From: Flavobacteriales bacterium
GTDB taxonomy: Bacteria; Bacteroidota; Bacteroidia; Flavobacteriales_D; Sanyastnellaceae
DNA: 64,000 nucleotides
Assembly: GCA_947504275.1 (NCBI GenBank)
Contig: CANNHA010000001.1
Location: forward strand, 12,586-76,585
Direction of reading: 5' to 3'
This document shows positions 1-8,927 of this stretch, piece by piece. Numbering within the stretch: the stretch's first letter is position 1; each line of letters begins with the position of its first letter. Both the position numbers and the translations under genes were made by a program. Under the pieces are notes generated by a model. It made no database searches, had not been told where the DNA came from, and was given only the letters and a program-made list of their open reading frames with translations.

Positions 1-202
1 TTCAATATGGGGTTGCACAAGGCCTGGTTTGGGAATGTCTCCATGGCGACCTGGCGAGAAAAGTGTTATGCTAGAGCCTCAAGGAAGAGGTGATAGACCC
101 TGTTCTAAGCTGGGCGACTCATGCAACCATGGTCAATTGAACAGATGTATTCACGAAATTGATTTGAACAAGCTAGAACAAGCTGCAAGGAGCATTCTTT
201 CT

Positions 203-718
203 TTAGTCCCTGTCGAATAGCGCCTTAAGTTCTGTTGCTTCTTCAGGTTTCATTTTCCCAGCTAGGATTAATCGCAATTGTCTTCTTCTGAGAGCACCGT
301 CGTATCTGACTTTTTCAACTTCTGTTTCAGGAAGAAGTTCTGGAACATTAATGGGATTTCCCAATTGATCTACAGCCACAAAGGTGTATATAGCTTCATT
401 GCATTTGGTTTTTTCTCCTGTAGCGCCGTGCTCAACAAAAATGTCCATGAAAACCTCCATGGAAGAATTGAATGATCTTGATACTTTGGCTTCTATGACA
501 ACCAAATCTCCAAGTTTAATAGGGTGCTGGAATGAAACATTGTTTACAGCAGCGGTTACAACTACGCGTCTACAATGTCTGTGTGCAGCAATGGCGCTGG
601 CGATGTCCAGCCAATTCAACAATTGACCTCCCATAAGGTTACTTAGTGTATTGGTGTTTTCTGGCAATACCAAGTGGGTGGTGATGGTAAGTGTATCTTT
701 TGCGTAAACAGGTTTCAT
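203..718 (-). CDS. acyl-CoA thioesterase (hotdog fold, YciA-like)
   Basis: ORF 203..733. Motifs LVLPENTNTLSNLMGGQLLNWLDIASAIAA and VVTAAVNNVSFQHPIKLGDLVVIEAKV are typical of YciA-type thioesterases. Start set at the internal ATG (MKPVYAKD, cat at 716-718). Confidence 0.8.
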   Translation of the reverse strand: MKPVYAKDTLTITTHLVLPENTNTLSNLMGGQLLNWLDIASAIAAHRHCRRVVVTAAVNNVSFQHPIKLGDLVVIEAKVSRSFNSSMEVFMDIFVEHGATGEKTKCNEAIYTFVAVDQLGNPINVPELLPETEVEKVRYDGALRRRQLRLILAGKMKPEEATELKALFDRD

Positions 719-748
719 GTGGCAAAGGTACATGATTATCTTCGTGGT

Positions 749-1294
749 ATGGATTACAACATAGTCAAGTCATTACACATCATTTTTGTCGTCACCTGGT
801 TCGCCGGATTGTTTTATATGTTTCGTCTTTTTGTTTACCATGCAGAGGCTGAAGTCAAGGACAATCCTGAACGCGATATCTTACTTCGTCAATATAGGTT
901 GATGGAGTATCGATTGTGGTATATCATCACTTGGCCATCATGTGTGTTTACTTTGTTTTTTGGTACAACCTTGCTTTATCTCAATCCAGGTTACCTAAGT
1001 ATGCCATGGATGCACTTGAAATTGTTTTTTATTTTATGTCTCCTGATGTATCAATGGAAAGGGCAAAAGCTATATTCCAAAGGGTTGAAGGGGCCAATAG
1101 GACTTTCTAGTTTTAAACTAAGAATGTGGAATGAGGTGGGTACTATTTTACTGGTGGCTATTGTATTTGTGGTTGTGAATAAAGATTCCATTTCGTGGTT
1201 GTGGGGAGCTTTAGGTTTGGTAGGTTTGGGTGTTGTGCTGACCCTTGCCATTAAGGCTTATAAGCGGGTTAGATCCGATGAAATCAAAAATTGA
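749..1294 (+). CDS. hemJ: protoporphyrinogen IX oxidase HemJ (UPF0093 membrane protein)
   Basis: LHIIFVVTWFAGLFYMFRLFVYHAEA motif plus a multi-TM profile. Start set at ATG 749 (MDYNIVKSLH) rather than the long 674 extension, which overlaps the divergent gene. Confidence 0.75.
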   Translation: MDYNIVKSLHIIFVVTWFAGLFYMFRLFVYHAEAEVKDNPERDILLRQYRLMEYRLWYIITWPSCVFTLFFGTTLLYLNPGYLSMPWMHLKLFFILCLLMYQWKGQKLYSKGLKGPIGLSSFKLRMWNEVGTILLVAIVFVVVNKDSISWLWGALGLVGLGVVLTLAIKAYKRVRSDEIKN

Positions 1295-1876
1295 ATGATG
1301 AAGAAATTAACTTTATTGATCCTTGCATTGACTTGTCTATCTGCTTGGTCACAAAAGCCAGATTGGTTGAAACCGCACCCGGAAGGGCACAGTGTTTTTG
1401 TTCAAGGTATATTGGTGGATAAGGCCGATTCAACAATCGCTTTGTCGGGTAGTATTACCATTATCAATTCTGAGGAAGGCAATCAATCCTTTACCATCAA
1501 AGCCAACTCAATGGGTATATTTCAATTTCATTTGGTGGAAAATGGCAAGTACGTGGCTACTTTTGAATATACGGATTATATCGTAAAGAAAATTGCATTT
1601 GATACATTCAATGTTCCGGATAAAGTATGGAAAATAGGCGCTATGATTGATCTCAAGTTAAGTTTGGATAAACGCCCTGAGGGCTTTAAAGATGTTGTGG
1701 CCATGTTGCCGGTTGCTACTTTTCAGTATGATCCGGCCGAACGCCTTTTCTTATTTGATTTGGAGGTAACTGATAGAGTATTGAAGCGTTATCAGGCGGA
1801 GTTAGATAGAGCAAGAGGCGTAACTGTAGAAAGCAGTGAAGATGCCCCAGTTCAAGAAGATTCAACCAAAGATTGA
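1295..1876 (+). CDS. secreted hypothetical protein (signal peptide, beta-rich)
   Basis: 193-aa ORF with N-terminal signal peptide MMKKLTLLILALTCLSAWSQ. I recognise no family. Confidence 0.55.
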   Translation: MMKKLTLLILALTCLSAWSQKPDWLKPHPEGHSVFVQGILVDKADSTIALSGSITIINSEEGNQSFTIKANSMGIFQFHLVENGKYVATFEYTDYIVKKIAFDTFNVPDKVWKIGAMIDLKLSLDKRPEGFKDVVAMLPVATFQYDPAERLFLFDLEVTDRVLKRYQAELDRARGVTVESSEDAPVQEDSTKD

Positions 1877-2799
1877 GTTATTTTGTTGCTCAGTACTTTG
1901 GATAGTTTGTAATAGGACTCTTTGGTCCAACCAGCGATGTGTGGTGTGAGTAAAATCTTATTTTCTTGTATGAGTCTGCTATAAATCATATTGTCTTTTT
2001 GTTCCAATTGTAAATTGGTTCCTTCAAATTCAAGTACGTCCAATGCTGCTCCTAAAACTTTTTTGTTTTTGATTGCGTCTAATAAATCTTCAGTAACGCA
2101 GTGTTGCCCCCGAGCAGTATTAATAAAGTAGATGGGCTTTTTAAAGGATTTGAAGAAAATATGATTGGCGTATTCTTTGGTTTCTTTGGTTAGCGGAAGA
2201 TGCAGGCTGATGATATCAGCTTCGTCAAATATTGTCTCTAGTGAAACCAATTCAACGTGAGACAATGGACATTCTTTCAGCGCGATGTCATGAGCCAGTA
2301 TGCGACATCCTATGGATTTCATTTTATTGGCAACACTTTTCCCCATGTGCCCTAAACCTATGATGGCAACTGTTTGATTGGACAATTCAATACCCCGGTG
2401 TTCCTCCCTTAACCATAGGTTGTTTCGAATGGTTGAATTACCAGATGGAATTTTTCTAATCAATGATAGAATGGAACCCAAGACAAATTCTCCCACTGCC
2501 TCTGCATTTCCTTCTGGAGAACTGAAAACTTTAATTTGTTTTTTATTGCAATACTCGACATCTATATTTTCTAGACCTGAACCGGATCTGGCCACCCATT
2601 TTAAATTGGGAAAAAGATCTATTGCTTGGTCATTGAGAACAAACCTACTTCTTATAACCAATCCCTGAATATCTGGATAATTTTTAGCGATGAAGGCAAG
2701 ATCATTCTTTTCATCCCAAATGCATTCAAATCCAATTTTCTCAAGGTCTTCAAACAATACATCATGAACGCTGTCCAAGAATATTACGCTGGGCATCAA
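1852..2799 (-). CDS. D-isomer specific 2-hydroxyacid dehydrogenase (phosphoglycerate dehydrogenase-like)
   Basis: NAD-binding loop VAIIGLGHMGKSVA and the C-terminal catalytic region ..LLTPHIAGWT.. typical of the family. Confidence 0.8.
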   Translation of the reverse strand: MMPSVIFLDSVHDVLFEDLEKIGFECIWDEKNDLAFIAKNYPDIQGLVIRSRFVLNDQAIDLFPNLKWVARSGSGLENIDVEYCNKKQIKVFSSPEGNAEAVGEFVLGSILSLIRKIPSGNSTIRNNLWLREEHRGIELSNQTVAIIGLGHMGKSVANKMKSIGCRILAHDIALKECPLSHVELVSLETIFDEADIISLHLPLTKETKEYANHIFFKSFKKPIYFINTARGQHCVTEDLLDAIKNKKVLGAALDVLEFEGTNLQLEQKDNMIYSRLIQENKILLTPHIAGWTKESYYKLSKVLSNKITQSLVESS

Positions 2800-4184
2800 T
2801 GAAAGATATTAAAGGGAACGGAGAGGAATTGCTGCAGTAAAACATGTCCCACACCAAAGTAAATGATTAGGCCAATGATATCATTAGTGGTGGTGATAAA
2901 TGGTCCTGTGGCCAATGCTGGATCAATTCCAAATTTGTGTAAAGTCAGTGGAATGTAGGTTCCGGAAACGCTGGCAAATACGATAACACTGAATAGTGCA
3001 ATACTTGCGGTAAGGCTCATTCCAATATCAAAGTGAAACAATTGAGTGGTGAGGAAAATGATTATTGAGCAGATTAAACCATTGAAAGCACCCACTCCAA
3101 ATTCTTTTAATATTTTCCTCCAAACGGTTTCATCCAATTCACTTTGATTGGCCAATGCTTTTACTACCAATGCCGCTGATTGTACACCAACATTTCCTCC
3201 GGTAGCAGCAATAAGCGGCATGAAAATGGCCATTTGAGGATTTTCAGTGATGTCATAAAGCCCGATGATATATGCACTGCTCATTCCCCCACCCATCCCA
3301 ATCAATAACCAAGGCAAACGGGCACGTGTTAATGTCCAGATACTATCGCTGGATTCAACATCTTCAGATATACCAGATGCCAATTGATAATCTTTGTCTG
3401 CCTCTTCTTGGATGACATCTAAAACATCGTCAATGGTAATTCTTCCAACTAATTCTTGGCTATCATTCAATACGGGTATCACAACGAGGTCGTATTTTTT
3501 CATCACATTGGCCACCTCCTCAACGGGTGTTGCTGTGTTGACGGTGTATACTTTTTTATTGGTATATAGTTCACTGATAGAAGTTCTGAGGCTAGCTGAG
3601 GAAAAGATTAACATTTTCATGCTGAGCGTTCCTATGATTTTATTGAAATCATCCACCACGTAAATGGTGTAGATGCTATCGAGGTCTTCACTTTGCTTGC
3701 GCATTTCTCTGATGGCCATGGCAACGCTCCAATGCGCATTGACTTTGATCAATTCTTTGGCCATCAGCGCTCCTGCAGTGCCTTCTTCATAGTTCATCAA
3801 GTCAATGATGTCGCTAGCGGCTTCACTGTCTTCAATCAGAGCGATTACTTCCTCTTGTTTCTCTTCAGGTAATTCTGCAATAACGTCGGCGGCATCGTCA
3901 CTATTGAAGTTCTCAATGAGGTCTTCCGCAATTTCCCTGGATGTTAGTGTACTTAGAAGTTGATTGCGGACATCTTCATCCAATTCTAACATGACATCTG
4001 CTGCACGAACCTCATCAAGAGTGCGGTATAAATAAACAGCTTCTTCAGGACGCAACTCATTAATGAGCTCGGCTAAATCAGCAGGGTGAAGATCTATAGT
4101 GAGTTTATCTAATGCAGTATCCCTCCCTTCTGCGATGGAGCGGCGAATTTCTGCCAGCAGCTCTTTGGTAATTTTGATATACAT
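2796..4184 (-). CDS. mgtE: magnesium transporter MgtE
   Basis: N-terminal MgtE-N domain, two CBS-like segments and a C-terminal 5-TM channel with the PLIAATGGNVGVQS motif. Confidence 0.9.
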   Translation of the reverse strand: MYIKITKELLAEIRRSIAEGRDTALDKLTIDLHPADLAELINELRPEEAVYLYRTLDEVRAADVMLELDEDVRNQLLSTLTSREIAEDLIENFNSDDAADVIAELPEEKQEEVIALIEDSEAASDIIDLMNYEEGTAGALMAKELIKVNAHWSVAMAIREMRKQSEDLDSIYTIYVVDDFNKIIGTLSMKMLIFSSASLRTSISELYTNKKVYTVNTATPVEEVANVMKKYDLVVIPVLNDSQELVGRITIDDVLDVIQEEADKDYQLASGISEDVESSDSIWTLTRARLPWLLIGMGGGMSSAYIIGLYDITENPQMAIFMPLIAATGGNVGVQSAALVVKALANQSELDETVWRKILKEFGVGAFNGLICSIIIFLTTQLFHFDIGMSLTASIALFSVIVFASVSGTYIPLTLHKFGIDPALATGPFITTTNDIIGLIIYFGVGHVLLQQFLSVPFNIFH

Positions 4185-4242
4185 CGGGAAGGGTCCATTG
4201 GTTAGGTGAAAAACTGGTTATCGAAACAAAGATAGAAAAGGC

Positions 4243-5544
4243 TTACTTGGAACCACCTATAAATTTCTCTACTTCTTGAATGCTCTTGGCCTTAAGTTGA
4301 AGGGTGCCGTTCTGATCCATCACAAAAAACAATGGTGTTTTATTGACCTTGTACAATTTTGAGACAGGTGAGTCCCATTGTTTTCCGCCAAAAATATTGG
4401 GGAATACAAATCCTCTCTCATTGAGCGCGTTTTCCCACATTTGTTGATTGTTGTCCAAACTGTATCCCACCAAAATAATTTTTTCTTTGCTGTATTTTTC
4501 GTGAAAGGCTTTGATTTCTGGAGCAGCTGCTTTACAATGCTCACACCAAGAGCTCCAGAACATGAGCACAGTGTATTTGTTTTTTGCCACTGAGTTTTTT
4601 AACTCAAAGCCAGAACCATCTCTTAGTTTTGCCTGGAAATTGGGAGGGTTGTGCCCAATGGTCAGTTGTTGAATGGAGTTGGCCGTTTTGGTGAGCAGCT
4701 TGTGAATATCATCTTCTCCGCAACTTTCTCCATTCAATTTTTGATCAATCAAATAGGCTGTTATGTTGTCCATGCCACTTTCAAAGAAACCAGTAATCAT
4801 CTGGTATACGGTAAACTCATAAACGGCGTCATTGATAGATGCTTTGGTGAGAATTTCTTCAATGCATTGAATGTAGCCTGAGTTTTCTCCTTTTGAGAAC
4901 TTCCGCATGTAACGTTGAATGCGGTCATTGAGCACGGTGCAACGTACTATTGCGGTGTCATTAAAGTCAAAATTATTCCAGAATGTTGATTTGCGCAAAG
5001 GCAGAATGTCACTTTTCCAACCAATGAGTTTATCCAGGAAAGTACCAATGTGAGCGCTGCGCAATGAATCTCGCATTTCTGCTAGACGACCTTCTTTCAA
5101 ACGGATAATGGTGCTGTCATTCCCCTCTTTTTTATGCGCTGCACGAATGGCATTGTTGATTTTGATTTCCTTTGGTATGTAGTCGATGTAGGCGATGTTT
5201 TGTTTGGATTGGATGTATTTTAAATTGGTTTCCATTTTAGGACCATTGGCGGCGAGTTCTATGATTGGCTCATTGTCCAAAAGAATGGGGACATGGTTAC
5301 TTTCACTTACACCGATGAGATACATGCCTTGCTTGTAAAACCTGGTTTTGAATTCAAATTGACCATTAATCAATTTGGTGGAGTCTACCACCTCCATGAC
5401 TTTGCCAATGGTTGACCAAATGATGATTGTCTTAGAACCATTGTGAGTGTAGTTCCCTTTGATGGTCGTTCTTTGCGGTTGAGCCGCAAATAAGGAAATC
5501 ACAAAAAATAAGGCTGAGAGCGTCAATAAAAGTTTCTTTTCCAT
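4243..5544 (-). CDS. TlpA/AhpC-type thiol-disulfide oxidoreductase with N-terminal beta-rich domain
   Basis: Thioredoxin CxxC motif FWSSWCEHCKAAAPE in the C-terminal third. Signal peptide MEKKLLLTLSALFFVISLFAAQ; start set at ATG 5544. Confidence 0.8.
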   Translation of the reverse strand: MEKKLLLTLSALFFVISLFAAQPQRTTIKGNYTHNGSKTIIIWSTIGKVMEVVDSTKLINGQFEFKTRFYKQGMYLIGVSESNHVPILLDNEPIIELAANGPKMETNLKYIQSKQNIAYIDYIPKEIKINNAIRAAHKKEGNDSTIIRLKEGRLAEMRDSLRSAHIGTFLDKLIGWKSDILPLRKSTFWNNFDFNDTAIVRCTVLNDRIQRYMRKFSKGENSGYIQCIEEILTKASINDAVYEFTVYQMITGFFESGMDNITAYLIDQKLNGESCGEDDIHKLLTKTANSIQQLTIGHNPPNFQAKLRDGSGFELKNSVAKNKYTVLMFWSSWCEHCKAAAPEIKAFHEKYSKEKIILVGYSLDNNQQMWENALNERGFVFPNIFGGKQWDSPVSKLYKVNKTPLFFVMDQNGTLQLKAKSIQEVEKFIGGSK

Positions 5545-5597
5545 AAAAACAAAAATAATCATTCCTTTATCCAACACCATGCCATTAACTTTGTTTT

Positions 5598-6116
5598 ATG
5601 AATTTGGATTTGTGTAAATATTGGGGTATTTCAGATTCGCTGAATCAAGAAGATTGGTTGGAACTTTACAATCAAAAGTTATTTGATTTGAAGAAGCTTG
5701 TTCTGGAGCAAATTTATTTGCCCAAATTGGTCAAGATACGATTGGATGAATGTCAAAGGATTATTCAAATTCAATTTCCAGAAAAACGGTTTATGATTTT
5801 GGATCATTATCAGTATACGGACTTCCATGCATTTGAGCTTGCCATGGCCAAAGTCAAGTTGATGATACATAAAAGCTTGGATTTTGAAGATTTACTCATT
5901 GGGATTCATCATGTATTGGCTGTTTTAGATGCTTATCGGGAATTGATTGGTCAATACACCAATCAATGGGGAGAGGAGTGGAAAGCGGTAGAAGTAAATT
6001 CAAGAGAAATATTTCCTTCTGGGCTTTTTTTACAATCATTGAAAGAAGGAAAGACAGTATCTGATTGGAAAGAGACTTTGTTAAAAGAAAGAAAGCGTAT
6101 TACTATTGTGTTTTAA
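5598..6116 (+). CDS. hypothetical protein
   Basis: 172-aa ORF that fills the gap in the same direction as the next gene. No recognisable motif. Confidence 0.45.
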   Translation: MNLDLCKYWGISDSLNQEDWLELYNQKLFDLKKLVLEQIYLPKLVKIRLDECQRIIQIQFPEKRFMILDHYQYTDFHAFELAMAKVKLMIHKSLDFEDLLIGIHHVLAVLDAYRELIGQYTNQWGEEWKAVEVNSREIFPSGLFLQSLKEGKTVSDWKETLLKERKRITIVF

Positions 6117-6130
6117 GAAAATAAAATCAG

Positions 6131-7825
6131 ATGAATAGAATCATTGAATGTATACCCAACATCTCAGAGGGAAGGGACCGTCAGAAAATTGACGCTATTG
6201 TTGCGGAGGTCGAAAAAGTTAAAGGCGTAATGCTATTGGATGTTGATCCAGGAGCCTCAACCAACCGAACAGTCATCACTTTTGCGGGTGAGCCAAAGGC
6301 TGTGCAAGAAGCTGCGTTTTTACTAATCAAGAAGGCATCGGAGTTGATAGATATGACAACCCACAAAGGAGAGCATCCTCGTCAAGGCGCCACAGATGTT
6401 TGTCCATTTGTCCCAATTGCTGGGGTGAGCATGGAGGAGTGCGTTGAAATAGCCAGAGGACTAGGGAAACGAGTAGGAGAGGAATTGGGTATTGCAGGCT
6501 ACTATTATGAGTCGGCTGCTTTATCGCCGGAGAGAAGAAATCTGGCTGTTTGCAGGAAAGGGGAATATGAAGCTTTGGATAAGATTACAACCGCAGAGGG
6601 TAAGCCAGATTTTGGACCATCGGAGGTTACAACTACATTAAAAAAGGCTGGATTGACCACCATTGGAGCAAGGAATTTTTTAGTTGCATACAATGTCAAT
6701 TTGAATACAACCTCAACCCGCAGAGCCAACGCAATAGCTTTTGATATCAGAGAGGCGGGTCGCACGTTGAGAGAAGGGGATACAATTTCTGGAAAACCAG
6801 TAGTTGATGAAAAGGGAGAGCCCGTTCGCATACCGGGAACATTGAAGAGTGTGAAGGGTATTGGTTGGTACATCGATGAATATGGTATCGCACAACTTTC
6901 GCTGAATCTTACAGATATTTCGATTACGCCAGTTCATGTTGCATTTGAAGAAGCTTGCAACAAGGCATCGGTAAGAGGGATTAGGGTGACAGGTTCAGAG
7001 TTGGTAGGGTTGATACCCTTGCAATCTATGCTCGATGCGGCTGATTATTTTTTGGCCAAACAAGAACGCTCTTTGGGGATATCTGATGAAGAGAAAATAA
7101 AAATAGCCATCAAATCGCTGGGCTTGGATGATCTAGCTCCATTCAATCCAAGTGAGAAAATCATTGAATATGTTTTGGAGAAAAAGATGGGCTCAAGAAA
7201 TCGTTTGATTTCCATGAGCGCACTCCAATTGGCCAATGAGACATCCAGTGAGAGTCCTGCGCCAGGTGGCGGTTCTGTTAGTGCCTATGTTGGCGCGTTG
7301 GGTGCTTCATTGGGCGTTATGGTGGCCAATTTGAGCAGTCATAAACGCGGTTGGGATAGCAGGTGGAAAGCGTTTTCTGATGTAGCTCAACGTGGTATGG
7401 AAATACAAAAAGAATTGCTTAGATTAGTAGATGAAGATACCCATGCTTTTAATCAAATCATGGAAGCTTTTGGATTGCCAAAAGGAACGGATGATGAGAA
7501 AAAGTTTCGTTCTGAGGCCATAGAGAAGGCTTCAAAATATGCAATGGAAATTCCACTGAGAACTGCTGAAGTTGCTTTGGATGCAATGGACATCTGCCTT
7601 GAGATGGTCAATGAAGGGAATCCAAATTCTATAACGGATGCTGGCGTTGGGGCACTGTGTATCAGGGCAGCAGTGTTGGGCGCGGTCATGAATGTGAAAA
7701 TCAATGCGGTGGGAATCAAGGACAAGGATTTTACAACCAGGTTGATTGAAAAAGCAAAACATTTGGAAGTATCAGCTATCGAAATGGAGTTGAAAATTAG
7801 AACAAAAGTGGACCTATCATGCTGA
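6131..7825 (+). CDS. bifunctional glutamate formimidoyltransferase / formimidoyltetrahydrofolate cyclodeaminase
   Basis: N-terminus MNRIIECIPNISEGRD is the classic formiminotransferase start. The C-terminal ~200 aa is helical and cyclodeaminase-like (SESPAPGGGSVSAYVGALGASL). Confidence 0.85.
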   Translation: MNRIIECIPNISEGRDRQKIDAIVAEVEKVKGVMLLDVDPGASTNRTVITFAGEPKAVQEAAFLLIKKASELIDMTTHKGEHPRQGATDVCPFVPIAGVSMEECVEIARGLGKRVGEELGIAGYYYESAALSPERRNLAVCRKGEYEALDKITTAEGKPDFGPSEVTTTLKKAGLTTIGARNFLVAYNVNLNTTSTRRANAIAFDIREAGRTLREGDTISGKPVVDEKGEPVRIPGTLKSVKGIGWYIDEYGIAQLSLNLTDISITPVHVAFEEACNKASVRGIRVTGSELVGLIPLQSMLDAADYFLAKQERSLGISDEEKIKIAIKSLGLDDLAPFNPSEKIIEYVLEKKMGSRNRLISMSALQLANETSSESPAPGGGSVSAYVGALGASLGVMVANLSSHKRGWDSRWKAFSDVAQRGMEIQKELLRLVDEDTHAFNQIMEAFGLPKGTDDEKKFRSEAIEKASKYAMEIPLRTAEVALDAMDICLEMVNEGNPNSITDAGVGALCIRAAVLGAVMNVKINAVGIKDKDFTTRLIEKAKHLEVSAIEMELKIRTKVDLSC

Positions 7826-7850
7826 TTTTCATGGTTGACAAGTTAAAATG

Positions 7851-7875
7851 ATACAAAAATTCAGTTTTTTTGTAT
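7851..7875 (+). terminator. weak AT-only hairpin after the formimidoyltransferase gene
   Basis: atacaaaaa (7851-7859) pairs with tttttgtat (7867-7875), followed by a T-rich stretch. The stem is all A/T, so stability is low. Confidence 0.3.
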
Positions 7876-7910
7876 TGATTTATTTTACGAAAATGAACCA
7901 ACATTAAAAA

Positions 7911-7930
7911 CGTGGACCTACGTGGACCTA
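7911..7930. repeat. perfect tandem duplication of CGTGGACCTA
   Basis: cgtggaccta cgtggaccta read directly. A third GTGGACCTA copy lies at 7808-7816. Confidence 0.9.
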
Positions 7931-8052
7931 TTGATTTTACTGTGATTTTTACAAGTTGTTTCAAGTATTTTTATCGTTTTAAGGAAATAAAAGTGGATTT
8001 GTTGAACTTCAATACAATGGACAAGTTGCTTTATTTTTTATAGTTTCGCCGA

Positions 8053-8469
8053 ATGGAAGATTTACACATAGGTACAGAAATTAGAAAGCGTGCCAAGAAG
8101 AAAGGTATGCGGACTGAGACGATGGCGAAATTGTTGAACGTGTCAACCCCCAATGTCTATAAAATTTTTGAAAGAAAGAGCATGGATACGGATTTATTAG
8201 CCCGTGTTTGTGAAGTATTGGATTTCAATTTTTTCACATTTTACGCCAAAAGATTCAGAACAGAAATGGAATCTGATGCCTTGGATTTGTGCAGAATGGA
8301 GAATTCAATGCTGCGCGATGTTTTGAAAGAGAAAGATGAGTTATACCAAATTCTAAAAATGGGTAAAACATCAACTTCAGTTTCAAAAGATACAGCTGTA
8401 AAAACAGCTCCCGTGAAAGCTGTTCCAGCTAAGAAAGCTACTCCTGCCAAATCTGGTAAGAAGCGTTAA
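8053..8469 (+). CDS. helix-turn-helix DNA-binding protein with Lys/Ala/Pro-rich histone-H1-like tail
   Basis: N-terminal XRE-like HTH (TMAKLLNVSTPNVYKIFERKS). C-terminal tail KTAPVKAVPAKKATPAKSGKKR. Confidence 0.6.
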   Translation: MEDLHIGTEIRKRAKKKGMRTETMAKLLNVSTPNVYKIFERKSMDTDLLARVCEVLDFNFFTFYAKRFRTEMESDALDLCRMENSMLRDVLKEKDELYQILKMGKTSTSVSKDTAVKTAPVKAVPAKKATPAKSGKKR

Positions 8470-8470
8470 T

Positions 8471-8926
8471 TTAGTTTCGTTTATTTTGGAAGAAGGATTG
8501 CAACATTGTCTTGCATTCTTCTTCCATTATACCACCATCTACTTGGGTCTTGGGGTGGATGATTGATTGGCCATTGCCTTTGTGGTTTTCAAATTGAGTG
8601 TAACCTCTTTTTTGGTCGTACGCGCCAAATACAATCCGACCTAATCTAGTTAAATAGGCAGCTCCAGCGCACATCAAGCAGGGTTCTAGTGTTACGTACA
8701 ATGTGCATTTATCGAGTGATTTTCCTCCAAGAAATTCAGAAGCTGCAGTATAAGCTTGCATCTCTGCATGCGCGGTGAAATCTTTCAGTGTTTCCACCAA
8801 ATTGTGTCCTCGAGCAATGATTCTGTCCTCACAAACGATGACACATCCAATCGGAACTTCATCTTTTTTCAGCGCTTCATGCGCTTCAGCAATGGCCAGT
8901 TTCATGTAGTGCAGATCTTTCTCCAT
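8471..8926 (-). CDS. tadA: tRNA-specific adenosine deaminase
   Basis: CMP/dCMP deaminase zinc motifs HAEMQA and PCLMCAGA. Size 151 aa. Confidence 0.85.
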   Translation of the reverse strand: MEKDLHYMKLAIAEAHEALKKDEVPIGCVIVCEDRIIARGHNLVETLKDFTAHAEMQAYTAASEFLGGKSLDKCTLYVTLEPCLMCAGAAYLTRLGRIVFGAYDQKRGYTQFENHKGNGQSIIHPKTQVDGGIMEEECKTMLQSFFQNKRN

Positions 8927-8927
8927 T

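Noticed and set aside
1-220. ORF 29..220 (frame open from nt 2) and a visibly GC-richer first ~130 bp. I considered the 3' end of a plus-strand gene, a minus-strand gene starting at the ATG complementary to 42-44 (METFPNQALCNPIL...), or a structured RNA or leader.
   Set aside because: The plus-frame peptide has an odd W/C/R/P/G-rich composition. Only 14 codons of the minus-strand candidate are visible. I found no convincing helices or any known riboswitch, RNase P, tmRNA or 5S signature. The region is left unassigned because it is at the window edge.
674-748. Long N-terminal extensions in the ORF track for hemJ (674) and the thioesterase (733) that would make the divergent genes overlap by 60 bp. 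Similar upstream extensions exist at 36294, 41539, 50506, 53652, 57320 and 13895.
   Set aside because: In each case an internal ATG gives a canonical N-terminus (signal peptide or family-typical start) and removes an implausible overlap. The extensions were treated as open reading frame run-on.
4185-4242. Looked for an M-box magnesium riboswitch upstream of mgtE.
   Set aside because: Only 58 bp separate mgtE from the upstream gene, far shorter than an M-box, and no conserved M-box elements are visible.
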